Positions 25,362 through 41,612 are shown, numbered from the whole stretch's first letter. The stretch: DNA of 63,956 bases, filler included, from Hyphochytrium catenoides (GCA_900088475.1; 11 parts of 11 records of this genome joined end to end with filler, not necessarily neighbours in it), one strand, 5' to 3'. The notes: a model not told the origin generated them from the sequence alone. Numbers and translations are program-made.

Positions 25362-28300
25362 TCATAGCTTCTGTTGCAGCTGTTCGATCTGCTTGTGAAG
25401 CAGGTACCAGCCCGCACTAGAGCCGTGACTTAAGTACCACTCACCAGTACTAATGAGGGGAAGAAACGTTGACGAGATGAAGTTCACATTGATTTTGACT
25501 GCAGCTACCTGCCGCGGCAGAGAAATCGTCAGCAGGGAGGAAGACATGTTGAAAGTGGGGATGGAAGCAGCCTTCCCATAGCATTGTATTCCCCTTTGTC
25601 TGCTCCTGCCATCGATTTACCTGCTCTGATGAGAGCTTGCCTCCCTCGAGCTGGTCGCTAACTTCCTTCAGAACTTTCCTAAGTCCGTTTGATATTCCCG
25701 CAATAACAGCCGGAAGAAGTCCGCTGACAATCGAACAGTGAGGGCCGTGTGAGATGCCAGAAGCCCACCGAGACTAGAGCATTGAGCGAAGGAAGACTAA
25801 TGAATGGAGAACTAATGAAACAGTACGTCCGTACCTAGCAATTGAGACCTTGAAAGAGATTTCCGCCTGCATCTGCAGTACTGCGACATAAATACTTTGC
25901 AGAATGACGCGGATGGAAGGCGACAGCCTGCTAGGACCTCCTCCTCCATTCTCATCACTACCAATCCAACTGTCGTTCAGCACCCATTTTTCTTGCTTAA
26001 GTTGTCCCAAGAAGAAGGCCTAACGTGAAAGGGAAACGGAGTCAAAGATGATCCATACCCCTTCCATAGCGCGTTGTCGGCGTTCCCCCGCCTCTCTCTC
26101 CACTATCTGTTCGTCTTTTGAAGAGGACTTCTCGTGTGTGTCACTCTCTGCTTACAGTCTAGCTTTCTCCAATCATACGCAGTCCTCAAACCTTATATCT
26201 CGCTTTTTAGAGGCATCTGACCGCCACCACAAGTCTGTTCCAGGAACCCCTCTCCGCTGTGTCCGCTCCTCCGGCCAGATCAAACCCCCTGTCTCTTCTA
26301 AAGACTTTGCCTTCAGCCATGTGGAAAAGCCCTCTCTTTCTCGGTTTTACTTACTGTCAACTGGTCAAAGAAGAAGTCCACCTGCCGACCCACGTCCCGA
26401 GCTAGAATTCGACGAAGAAGTTGGGAGCAGGGGAGGACATCATCTTCCAGCCCTTTGCCTTCTGCATAGAGCGCTGCTATACATTGGACATATTCTCGAA
26501 ATGAACCCTCTAAGCGCTGGGATGCAGCGGATGAAGTCGATCCTGGTGCTTTAGATGCAGCAAGAGAGATGGAAGGCTTCTCTACTTCTCGTATGATGGA
26601 CGAAGTGTCGCTGAGGGTTAATTGCTTGACCAACATGGACATTATGTCGCTGAGATTCTCCGTCATCCACACCACGAAAGAGGTTGTCATTGACGGATTT
26701 TGAAATGAGAATCTACAGGAGCACGATGAAACTGATCAGCAGATGAACAAGTTTGGCGTTTAAGTAGGCACAAGGTATCTATCTTGAAGAAAGGAGGATG
26801 AAACAGGCAGGGTGAACCCAGAGCGGAGGAGGTGTAGCCGCCCCAATTTTGGGCCATAGTGCCTCCATGGCCACAGCAGCAAGAAATGGAGAAAGGAGGT
26901 CTGGGTAGAGAAGGCATCACAACAGAAAGTCAAGAGTGTCATACAAATAAGCAAATTCCTCTGCCACACTCTTCAAAAGGCCGAAAACTGTTCTGGATGT
27001 CTGACGAGTGTGCTCGAGCAGGTCTGTTCCCACTCTGACGGTTCGCAGAGCTTCACGCAACAGGGCCGACTATCAACCAACCCATGGGAGAGGATCCAGG
27101 GAGAGATGGAAGAATTAGGAAGGACATCAAAGAAAGCATTGTTAGTAAGGGCACCAAAATGGCAGTTTCGTAGGTCGGGAGAGCGACATTGAACTGCCCG
27201 GACTTGGTCTCTTTCCCTCTACATTGTTAAAATGGGCATGTACCTGATTGTGCAGGTAGAGGTCACAAGCAGTCCTCGCCATACCCAGACGGGACAGTAA
27301 AAGAAAAAGTCGGCGTTGATAAGAACGGCACTGCAAAGCCCGCACTCCTGAACTCAATTCCTCAACGATACGTCTCCGAAACTGAAGCTTGTGCAGTCGG
27401 AGCTGACCAGAAAGAGGAAGAATGACAGCGTTAGCAGTTTATAAGCGAGGCAGGAAGCAGGTGAAGTAAACGAAGGTACAGCCGAAACGAAATGAAGAAG
27501 AAGATTGGACTAAATCCAATAAGTGAACGGCTCAAAACCTCGCCATTCTATCTTAAGAAGGTAGGCAAGAGAAATTTGAAGCAATATAGAGTACGATAAG
27601 GAGCCTCAGAAGGAGAAATGAGCATCAGAATGGCAGGGTAAAGAGAGGAGAGACGATAGGACACACAACGGTCCAGCGTTAGGATCATTTTACATATTGA
27701 TTACCTGCTGCAGAACGTGTCCCATAGGATCTGCTTCTGACCCCAATTTCAAGCCATTCCCTTTGTCCGAATGGGCTGCGGCAGAACTGCTGAAGGAAGA
27801 GGAAGTAGAAGATATATATCCCTCGATTTTCTCTATAAGCTCAGCACTCTGCTTATAGTTTCTCTCGAAAACAAGCAGCTCTAGCTCTGAAAGCGCTTCC
27901 TCTACCCATTCTGGTAACTGCCGGTTGTTCTCCTCGTATGAGGGCCGCCGTGATACGGGTTCAGAGGCTTTGATACCTGCAAGCACATAGAAGACAGCAA
28001 GAGCCATAAATTTAGCTGAACCATTGACACGGCTCTTTCAAGAAGCAGACCCTTTGAAAGACGATGAGTGCTCAGCTTAAGCTTATACTTTGCGCTTGAG
28101 GTTATTGAAAAACTTCCTGATACAAGACGATGAGGGACCAAAGGGTGAAGACGTCGCAGTTGCTCCTACCATAACCGTCAATCAAAGTGACCCCTTTGAG
28201 CTCCTGTATGTGCTGTTGAAAGTCTTGCACTAGTCTCTTCAGGCGGCCCACATCCGCCTCCATGCTACGGATCTGTTCTGACGCCGATATGAAGGACTGG

Positions 28301-30863
28301 TACTTTTGGCAGACCTCGCGCTTGAGCTCTGTTTCTGTTAGACTCTGGGAGAGGATAGAATAGCCAAAGGTCCCAGCAGTTAAGCGGATAGCCCGACAAG
28401 TACGCAGCCCATGCATAGTTAGTACAACGTAGTCTGACATGATGGTGTCTTCAAGAGCACATAGCGGCCGTCAAGTAAGGACCCAGACAGTAGGGAGAAA
28501 AAGACATAGAAGACGTCCTATTGACGAAAGAAGAAAGACAGAGTCATCCAATGGTCCGAGAAAAGAGGTATGGAATAAAGACGGACGTGAATGTGAACGT
28601 TAAAGCAAGCGAGAGGGTCTATATATCCCATCTATGTTCCAAGGGTTGAGAGAAAGATAGAGCATAGACAGAAGTTGAGATGAAAGCAACCTTTGAGTTG
28701 AGGAGATCGAGGCAGTGAGCTTCTGCCTCTTGTTCTGTGTGTTCTTGCAGGTATTGCAGAGCATATTGTTGGGCATTGAACTCTCCAGAGCCAAAGGCCT
28801 GGGAGATATCGCCAACATGGCTTAAGCTCTCTAGGATATTGTCTTCCACAAACCTATAGAAGGTGCCTTGCTCATTCAGAAGGAGTCCAATGAGTTAGTT
28901 GGAGGCACAGGAGACAAGTAAAGAATTGTATTGGTTAGAGCGTAAGATAGAAGGAGGGTACGTCTCAAAGCCAGAAGGAGGAAGTTATTGTGGGGAGCTG
29001 CCATGAGTGAGATAAGGACTTAATGATTATGACACTGGCCCGCGAGCGATGCATCCTTCTCTAGTTGTCCTCTGCGCTGCAGCTCTTCCATCCTCGCAAA
29101 CTTCCACCTTTTAACTTCCTCCAGTCTTTACCTGAATCCTCGAAGTCCTTCCCTCGGACAGACTCGATAAAGTTCAGCTTCATCATCATCCGGCCCTGTT
29201 CCAGCGCCATTTCCCTAGTAATCTGAAGGCTAGACATCAGCCACTGAACAGCGTCTTTGCCTACCATTTGTCAAAAAGACACAGTCGAAGAGACGAAGAG
29301 GGGCCACATAAGTTAAGTTTGAGCCCGGGGAGACAGAGAAAGCGACAAATATAGAGTTAGTAACAGGCGTGGGTACAATCAAAGAGACCCGAATAGATTA
29401 GAGCATGCACAGCTTTGATGAACCAAAGACGAAGGGATAGTCTTAGAGACACTAAAGTCTAGCTCTTCTCCTCTCACCTACAAAGCAGTCAGCGAAGGAC
29501 TGTGCTAGATGTTTGTGATCTGATAAACTTATCTCTGAGGCCATCTGGCTAGCTAGCTTGGCATAGCGGAGCTCTGGCATACAAATAGGGCAAATTATGT
29601 GTTTCGGTCAGACGGGGATGACAGAGAGAGAGAGGGGAGAAACTGAGAGATGCAAAATCGTTAGGTTCAAAAAGATAAAGAAACTAGGGGCTATCCTCCT
29701 GGAGCGACGGCTATGTGAATCATTTATCCCGCTGTCTGGGTGCTTTCGCTCTGCGTCCCTGTTCCTTTGATATCCTCCATGTACTTCAAGCTAACATTCC
29801 GCCCTTCCTATGTCGTGTCGCTTCCTCCTTTCAGTACAGAGGCCCTCCATTGCCTCTTCTTTCTTACTGTCGCTGTTCTTCTGAAGCATGGACCCAACAT
29901 TGGTGCATTTCGTTAATGCTTCGACCCAGTCATCCCTTTCCTTTGAGGCTTGGCAGCGGTAGGTAAAGTTCTTCCTTTTGGTTGAGATCTGGAAGGCATT
30001 GGACGCCTGTACGTTAAGCAGAAGATCAAATGAGAGACCTCGAGTAATCTGCTTTTATCTCCGTCTCCTCCCTTTGTCGCCATCTCTTCTCTCTTCCCTT
30101 CATTCTTTTGAATACTTTGAGTGGAACCTCCCATACGTTATCTTAGACCCCCGTATTGCCTCTCCTCCGGGTTGGATTTTGTCAGGCCCATGCACCGGTC
30201 TTCGGATTCTCGGGGGTCACGCTACCTATAATAAGGATCTCTTTATCCATTCATCAGTTTCTCACGTATCTCATACATCGTCCTCGCTCATCCTCTTCTC
30301 TCCGCGAACTCGGTTCTTTGCCGACTTCTCTTCTGTCTTACCATGCTTGCGGGGAGTGCATTGAGCGTTGTTACATCTGAGAGAGGAACAGCATAGATTG
30401 GACTGGCCGTGGTGCTACCTTCGTAGACAAGAAACTTGTTCGCAGTGATTTGGATCAAACGGTCTTTCCATTGAGTGGAGCCCACCTGCAATGAATGCGA
30501 TTAGAACAGAATGCAATGTCAGAGAAAGATAGTGACCTTCCAGAGCCCAACGAACTGAAGGTCAGGGGACACATTGATGGAGATCGAGGAGATAGGGAGA
30601 GATGTGGGGAGGGCTCAAGGTTGGGACTATGGCTAAGGTGGAGCAGAGGGCAGCCAAAAGTAGATAAGTCCATGGATAGACAAGCCAGAGGTACCGAGCC
30701 CAGCAGGTTGCTCGCTCTCCGAGAGGGAGTTTAGGACTAAGAAGTAGGACAACTAGCTAACAGTACGATAAAAGGAGAGAGCGGTCTGAAAGCACTCTGA
30801 GGAACAAATTTCAACCTTCTCGCTCGCCTTGCCAGACTTCAGTACATCCTTGCCAACCGCCAT
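25362..30863 (-). CDS. EXO84: Exocyst subunit Exo84/EXOC8-like protein with N-terminal PH and DEP domains
   Basis: In-frame exons: MAVGKDVLKSGKASEK|VGSTQWKDRLIQITANKFLVYE...|ASNAFQISTKRKNFTYRCQASKERDDWVEAL (PH); DHKHLAQSFADCFVG|KDAVQWLM...TREMALEQGRMMMKLNFIESVRGKDFEDSG|TFYRF (DEP); FNAQQYALQYL...ELKREVCQKYQSFISASEQIRSME (Vps51-like N-terminal coiled coil); LPEWVEEALSELELLVFERNY, LLSRLGMARTACDLYL, TTSFVVWM (Exo84 C-terminal helical region). Confidence 0.8.
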
Positions 30864-31554
30864 GGTGACAGAAGGTAAAGTCTCCTGTCACTTGACGGGG
30901 CCTTTTGGTGAACGTAGAGCAGGATGCGTGGGACAGAAGCCAGGGACTAGGTCTTGTGGCTTCAGGAGGCGTGATCTGTACGGACAGGTGATGCCAGATA
31001 GGCGTTCAACTAGGGGTATCCGTGGGTGCCAGACTGCCAGATGAGTTGGTCGACGTTGAAAGATGGAAGAGGCCAATACTGTATCTGCCTCTGTTTCCCC
31101 ATCTTCAGCCTCTAGTTACTCTAGAAGAAGCCACGTAAGCTAAGAATGGGGCTGAGAGCCGGCTATCGGTATCCAAGTAGTACGTGTTAACCAGCGTGTC
31201 AACACTCTCGCGGCCTTGTGTCCTCCCGAACTCTTGAGCGCAGCTGAAGGGAACTCTCTCTCCCTCCCTAGTACGTTTCGCCTCTAAGCCTTCATCGCCT
31301 CTAACAAGGTTGTCCCCTATGAGATCTATGAACTCTCCGCCTCCGTCTTTCCTCTGCCTGTCGTTCAGCCTTTCTCTCGTCCCTCAGCTGCCTCTCATCA
31401 CTTGGCTCCCCGTTGACTTCTGCCTCTTGGCTGTGCCAAGGCTTCAAGGAGCTCTCCTAGAATGAATCGGCGCTGCCAGTAGCCGCTAACGCCGTGTTGA
31501 GGCAAAAACGGATAGATTCATTAGCCCTAGGATATCTCCACCCTCTGTCGCTTT

Positions 31555-31592
<38 letters not shown>

Positions 31593-31692
31593 GCTCTCTC
31601 TCTTCTCTCCCTCTCTCTCTCTCTCTCCCTCTCTCTCTCNNNNNNNNNNNNNNNNNNNNNNNNNNNNNNNNNNNNNNNNNNNNNNNNNNNNN

Positions 31693-31731
<39 letters not shown>

Positions 31732-31832
31732 TTCTCTCTCTCCCTCTCCCTCTCGCTCTCGCTTTCGCTCTCGCTCTCGCTGCTCTCTCTCTCGCTCTTC
31801 CTCTCGCTCTCGCTCTCTCGCTCCCTCTCTCT
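31555..31832. repeat. (CT)n/(CTCG) microsatellite with internal N gap, between Exo84 and the phosphatase
   Basis: Long imperfect CT dinucleotide run; it produces the spurious RE/SL ORFs in the ORF track. Confidence 0.95.
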
Positions 31833-32077
31833 CGCTGCCACCGTCTTCCATCTCCCTCTGGCATTCATCCCTTCTGTTGCTCTTCAGATCTGTCTCTCTC
31901 CGTCTCATCAGACCTGCTGGACGATACAAGGGCTACACCAGGGCTTTCACGGGGAAGAGAATCACGCACAGAGGCGCGTCCATCTCTCTGCTTTGTCACG
32001 AGAGACTGGCTCTTGCTTCTTCTCACCCTCTTCTCCTTGTCTTTGAGCTGCGCTCATCTCGTCGTTTCCTCAGCGCC

Positions 32078-33893
32078 ATGTCCTCTTCGAGGCCTCGGAC
32101 CCTGGTCGTGTTCGACTTTGACTGGTCGCTCGTGGACGATAATACTGATGTTTTCATTATTAAGCAGCTCCGGCCAGAGCTCATACAGACAATGGAAGAT
32201 TTGAGACGGCAGGTCCTCCACTACTTTCTCTTCCGCTTGCCTCCTGACACTTACTATTAAGTCTTTTCTTGACCGATTGACACTTCGTATCGCCTAGGAT
32301 TCTCATGGTACCGCCTGCTGATAGCCCTTCCCATCGCTCTTCGTCCTAGGTGCCTTCCTTCCATTCAGTCCTTTGGTAGCTCTATGGTCGCTCTCTTCTC
32401 TGTCTGACCTCTCTCGTCCCATTGTCCTCTCTAGGCCGTCCAATGGACTCAAATAGTAGACACAATGCTGCAGCTTCTGCACCAAGACGGAGTTACGAGA
32501 GAGGAGCTTGTCCGCGCATTAGTGCAAATTCCTATGCAGGAAGGTAGGAGGAACGCGAGAGAACAGCCAAGACTGACAGAGACAGAGAGAGAAGCGGGCC
32601 TAAGGATTAGAGAGCGAGGAATAGAGGGCCGAGAGAGAGAACAAAGACGCATAAAGGCAGAGAAAGAGGACTCCTATCTCGTATCCGCTGCCATGCAGTC
32701 TTACAGGCCGTACGATGTAGTTTCCGGCTTTAGGTTTTGCCTTTCATCCCATCAAGTTCCTCTTCTTGTTCTGACCTGAGCCCTTGGTGATCCAGGCTGA
32801 CCTTAAGCAACGCCTGTGTCTACTCTCTAAGTGTTACTTCTGGGCATGCGTGATAAGCCTCTCCTCCTTGTTCCTCTACTCTTCTAAGACTTTAACTTGT
32901 TCCCCACAATTCTACGCCTTTGCTATTGATTGTTCTCTCTAGGTATGACTGAGGCCATACGCCATGCTCACTCTCAGGGATGCGGGCTGCACATCATAAG
33001 TGATGCAAATACTGTCTTTATCTCGGAGATACTAAGAGAGAGGGAGCTCTCGTCCCTCTTCGAGAACATAGTAACAAATCCTGCATCCTTTGATGAGCGC
33101 GGAAGGCTGAGTGTGAGGACGTACCAATCCTCGCTCCCCTCAGGGCCCCACGATTGCAAGCTCTGTCCGGTTCAAATGTGCAAAGGTTAGCAGAAGGTGG
33201 AGTGACACATAGGCAGCCTCCTACTTGCCACTGAGAATGCTCCTCCACGCTGTCACTCCCTGCCTCCGCCTCTCACCCTTTTAAAGCTAGAGACTGACGA
33301 CTCCTTTTGCTTTGTCATGACCTCGTCAAACCTCTCTTTCTGCTTGCCATTACCTTTGCTTTATCAATGTCAGATGTGAATTTTTAACATGTGCACGGCT
33401 ACTCGTGTTAACGTCACCTCCTTGCTCTCCTGTACTTGCGCCTTCTTCCTTAACAGGAGACATTCTTCGCAGTTTGCGTCAGGGTTTCGACAGGGTTCTT
33501 TATGTGGGAGATGGGACAGGAGACTACTGCGCGGCAACGAGGATGACTGAGTAAAGTGCCCTTTAGCTCATTCACTTTCTTACCCTTAGGGCCCGTGTGC
33601 CTCTTGCCTACACCTAAAACGCGCCGCGCTGTCCTCGACTTCCAACCCGCCTCCATGCTACATAATCTATTGCCGCGATCTGCTTTACCTCTTCCGGTGT
33701 CTCACTTTGTGTCTCTCTTCATCCTCTTCAAAACGTATATAGCGGGGATGTCCTCCTAGCTCGCGCCGACTCGGTGGCAATGAAGTTCGGGCTTTTGAGA
33801 AAAATCCGGTCGAATCCTGAGTCAGTCAGTGCCAAGGTTATTGAGTGGTCCACAGGCTTAGATGTCCTGAGAGCCATCAAGGAACATGTCTAG
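32078..33893 (+). CDS. HAD-superfamily phosphatase, PHOSPHO1/PHOSPHO2 (pyridoxal-phosphate / phosphoethanolamine / pyrophosphatase-like) family
   Basis: MSSSRPRTLVVFDFDWSLVDDNTD (motif I), LHIISDANTVFISEIL (motif II), IVTNPASFDERGRL, HDCKLCPVQMCKG, VLYVGDGTGDYC (motif IV), DVLLAR; stop TAG at 33891-33893. Exact substrate cannot be read from sequence. Confidence 0.88.
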
Positions 33894-34170
33894 TGTTGAC
33901 TTCCTATCGCCACTACTCTTGCCCTTTCTCCCTATTGGAACTATGTACTTCTGTGCCTGTAGTGGCTAGTTGCACTTCTCCACTTGTCTTAAACTTACGC
34001 GCATCTGTCATACTTCTGACCTTGTGAGCCAGAAAATTGCTCGTCTAAGGAGTCAGTTGTGAGATTGTGCGGCACTAGGTAGGCAGAAAGGGATGAGAAG
34101 TAGCTGACCTTAGAGACAGCACAGAGAAAGACATGGAGAGGAATTGAGGACACATTATATTTATGCATTA

Positions 34171-37100
34171 CTATCGCAATTCAGCAGCTATTTCTTCAAA
34201 ATGTGTAAGGCTTTCTGGGTTTCTCAAGGCGCTCTTGTTCTTTACTGGCCGCCCGTTCATGATATCTCGGACGGCCAGCTCTACCTTCTTACCACTAACC
34301 GTATGAGGGATATCGGGCACCTGGACAGAGATGGGAGGAGAGGTAAGATAAAGGTAGATGACCAGAGTACACCGGAGGTGAGATATCGACAGATTTACTA
34401 AGCTGTCATATCCCTGTCTCTCCTCTCTTTCCTCTCTCCACCTTCCATACCGTGAATATTTTCCATGGCACGTGTCGTGGGGAGCACTCATCCCTAATGG
34501 CCTTCTTGATCTTCGACTCCAATGCCTTATCCAGCTGTACGCCATCCGCCATTTGCAAAAATAACAGCACTCTTACGTCGGGAGTGCCGTCTGGAAGGGC
34601 ATAGTCTTGTCCGACCACAACGCTGTCCTTCACCTCGTCCATCTGCTCCTCTCTGTAACAATGTATAGTTAGTCTCAATGCCTCATGACTGAACAGGGGG
34701 GAGATGGCGCCCACGCAGTCAGGGGGTAGACAATAGCTTCTTTCAAAAGATGGATTAGCAGGAGAGAGAGATAACACCATAAGGAGGCCAGGACTAGTAC
34801 GCGGAGCATCTAAATGTGAAGGTTGAGGAAGAGGTGGGGGACCAGAGCAGTACTTACAATAGCCTGTACAAGTCGGCCGTCCCGATGCGCACTCCTCCTG
34901 GATTCAGCGTGGCATCCGATCGACCATAGATGATCAGACCTGAGGAAAGGGAAGGTCGGTTACCGCCTAAGTCATAAGCAGCTCGGGACAAGATGGCTTG
35001 ATGGGCAACAAGAAAGGAAAGAGACATGGTCAGAAGGAAGAACTAACTACCATGATGACTTGTCTTCTCTGCATAGTCCCCGTGCCTCCACACATTCTTG
35101 AACACGTCGAAGTAAGCAGAGTGATACTTGCTGCCGCCCTCATCATCCCAGAAGCAGATAGGCATGGACGGAAAGGGCTTTAAACAGACCAGCTCCCCCT
35201 TCTGCCCGACAACCTCCTTCGCTTCTTCGTCGAACACAGCGACGTGAAGGCCTGAAGCAAGGGTGGAGAGGATAACAGAATTTTTAGAGAGAGAAAGGGA
35301 GTGGCGTCTTAGGGGGAACCACTTTTTCGTAGAGATTAAAGAGGACCGAGGGGTAGAGGGCTGCATGTGGCCAAACGAGAGAAAAGAAGAGATCATTCGC
35401 CGTACCTAAGCCAAGGCACTGAAGCTCGCCATCAAACACAGGCTTCAGAGGACATCCTAGCGCAAAGCATCCATTCAAGTCTGTTCCGCCGCTAATTGAT
35501 GCAAACTGAGGGAAAGAGACACACGATGCAGTAGTCAGCAAATACGCCTATAATAATCTGGACCAGTAAGTAATAGAATCCGAAGGGTGTTCACTCTCAA
35601 CAAGGTACTACTAAATAGCAAAAAGTCATAATAAGAAATAACCTAGTCAACGGAGGCGAAGGAAGAGGACCTGGACGTCATCCTTGATTTGGGAATAGAC
35701 AAAGTTGAAGACCGACGTCGTCGCAGGAGAGCCTGTGGAGCAGATTGTGCGCAGGGAAGATAAATCAAACTCCTCCTTCGGCTTCAGACCAGACTGCAGC
35801 ACTGCCCCTAGGTACCGCGCACTGTCAAGCAGCAAAAAAAGAGCAAGAAGAACTCGGTAAGGTTGATGGCACCATGGACAAGCACAATCCGGTAAGAGGA
35901 GGATAAACGCTGGCCAACGGCCCTTGTAGAGCCAAAGGTTGACGTAGAAAAAACTAGCAAATCTACAGGAAAGATTGCATATGGGGGCCGAACGGCGATA
36001 GCAGGACAGCTTCCAAGGGGAAGAAGAAAAATGCGACGAAAGGAAAGCAGCGCTTGTAGGTAGACACAGCGAGACACAGCAGAAGTAGAATAGAGGAGCC
36101 TTGACTGACGTTAGCAGTTAACGCCCGCCGTTGAGCAAAAATGAGTGCGAATTTTGAGATGTCCCTTCCATTGCCCTTCCATGCCCTTACCTCGTTCCAA
36201 AGACGTTAATCTTTAGCTGTTCGACATACTTCCATAGCACTGAGGCGTCGGGATGTAAAGGATTACCATCAAAGAGAACAACAGCTGCCCCGACTCCTAG
36301 CGCCGAGGTCAGCCAGTTCCACATCATCCAACCCGTCGTTGTATAATAGAACACTCTGTCTCCCTTCTTGACATTGGTATGTAGCCTTAGCTCTTTAAGA
36401 TGGTTGAGAAGGATGCCACAGCCCTGCACAATGCACTTCGGCAGTCCAGTGGTACCAGAAGAGTACATGATGACGCAAGGATGAGAGAATGGGAGCTGCT
36501 CAAACTGAATCTTTTCTCCTTCCTTTACGATCTCTCTCTCTTTTTGGACAAACTCTTCATAGCCCACGGCCTTTGGGACAATGCCTGCAAACGAGACGCG
36601 ATAGCGAGGATTCAACGTATAGTTGAAAACGACAACATGCTCTACGGAAGGAAGATCTGCAGCAATCTGGGCCAGCTTATCCATCGTCTCAACGCGTTTG
36701 CCTTTGAAGAAGTAGCCATCAGCGGCAAATAATATCCGCGGCCGAATCTGTGAGAAGCGATCTAATACGCCCTGGTGGCCAAAGTCAGGAGAGCAGGAAG
36801 ACCATACTCCTCCGACGGCAGTTGTAGCCAACATGGCAATGCCTGCCTCTGGAATGTTTGGTATGTACGCAGCCACGCGGTCCCCAGGTCTGACGCCGAT
36901 GTCTCTTAGCTTTTTCGCAAGCACAGCTACCTCGTGATACAGTTTCTTATACGTGATTGTAACAGGCTCCGTGCTGTTGTCGCTCACGAAGATATAGGCA
37001 GGTTTGTTGTCACGATATCGCAGCAAGTTCTCGGCGAAGTTTAGCTTTGCTCCAGGAAAGAACTTCGCCTTCTCTATATCCTCGAAGTTCTCAACCACGG

Positions 37101-37374
37101 CGCTATAGGGCGATGAATGTTTGATGTCCAGAAACTCCCAGAGAAGTGCCCAGAAGTCCCCGGGATTGGCAACTGACCACTGCCAGAGGGATTCATAGTC
37201 GTGGTCACGGATGTTAGCGTCAGGAAAGCGCTCTTGAGCCTCTGTCAGGAACTTTGTCATCTCACAAGAATCGAGAAGCTCTTTTGATGGCTTCCATAAC
37301 GGAGACATCTTTGACTTCTTGGTGTCAGCATGCTCGGCACCAGACCCATCATCTCTGCTCAGCTTCTGAACCAT
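34171..37374 (-). CDS. AACS: Acetoacetyl-CoA synthetase (acetoacetate-CoA ligase)
   Basis: PLWKPS...YESLWQWSV...[129 protein letters not shown]. The start is taken at MVQKLS (ATG 37374); the next Met is MSPLW (~37308). Confidence 0.95.
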
Positions 37375-37722
37375 TATAAGATCTCCCGCGATCTTTTCGC
37401 TCTTAGCTTCAGGGTTATCCTTTCTGCCAACCGCAGACCGAGACGCAGACTTCTCTCTTGGGCACCTGCTGACTCTTTGGAGTTCAAGCTGCGGAGTGCG
37501 CGCCAAGTTCCAGACTTCTTCGTCTCTGTTGAAGCTCTTGTTGAGCTTGTTGAAGTGCCAAGGGAGCCGCGAAAAAGTTGATGGGAATCGTTTCGTGGGA
37601 GACAGAGTCATCTAACGGATACCGACAGAGCAGAGTCAAACATATAAACCTCCCTAGACATTACAATAATGTGCTCGTGAGACAGAAAGGGGAAGGAGCT
37701 AGAACCTAGGAAGGCAGAGAGG

Positions 37723-37786
37723 CATGACCTCATGTCAGCAGTACGGATTCGCAGTATAACTTCCCGTCTTCCTGATCAGGAATCCG
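37723..37786. promoter_or_regulatory. Palindromic elements in the AACS/thiolase divergent intergenic region
   Basis: Perfect 14-bp palindrome TTCCTGATCAGGAA (37769-37782), CATGA-cc-TCATG (37723-37734), and inverted pair CGGATTC (37744-37750)/GAATCCG (37780-37786). Regulatory function is inferred only from position. Confidence 0.25.
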
Positions 37787-38333
37787 ATAAGAACGAACGA
37801 CAAGGTTGAAGCACCTCTCCTCACACGACGAGGCATGGGTGAGCTATACCTAGGATAATGTTTGAGGAACGCTCACTCCGTACTTCACTCTTTTTCTCAC
37901 CCTATCAAATCTTAATAGTAGAGGCTTTTAGATTTCTTCATCTCGAGGGCTATACCTAGAATTAGGGGAGACAGAGCGACGTGGTAATGCTCATAACTGT
38001 GGTTCTCATTAATCCCCAATCAGCGGCTATTCTGAATATGCTGGTCGGATTGCTGATGGGGTAGTGGAAGATATCTGTTGGGCGACGGAGTTGAAGCTGT
38101 TGGTCTGTCCCTTCTTCCTTCCTCCCTGTCAGGCGGCTCTGACGCCTCATCTGGCAGTTTGTTGATGAGCTTCATCTGCGTCTCTTTCTCTGTATGCAGA
38201 TTCCGTGTCAAACGAGCGGGGCGGTTAAATGGCCTCCGGTTGATAGCAAGGTACAGTGCCGATTGTCACAGCTGCAGGGAGACTAGCCAGGTAAAGTAGT
38301 GCCGCACCGTGAAAGCGTGACAAGACGGTCAAG

Positions 38334-41612
<3,279 letters not shown>

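Noticed and set aside
31457-32046. RE/RA-rich and SL-rich ORFs in the ORF track (also 47089-47763, 55317-55945, 60129-60872, 61101-61534)
   Set aside because: These are translations of (AG/CT)n microsatellites, some crossing N gaps.
32078-33893. HAD phosphatase as a third member of the AACS/thiolase cluster
   Set aside because: It is convergent with AACS and divergent from Exo84, and no known biochemical link ties PHOSPHO-family substrates to acetoacetate metabolism.
37375-37611. Longer AACS N-terminus from the ORF track (MTLSPTKRF...)
   Set aside because: The 79 extra codons have no homology-like or targeting character; likely open 5'UTR. Not excluded without TSS data.
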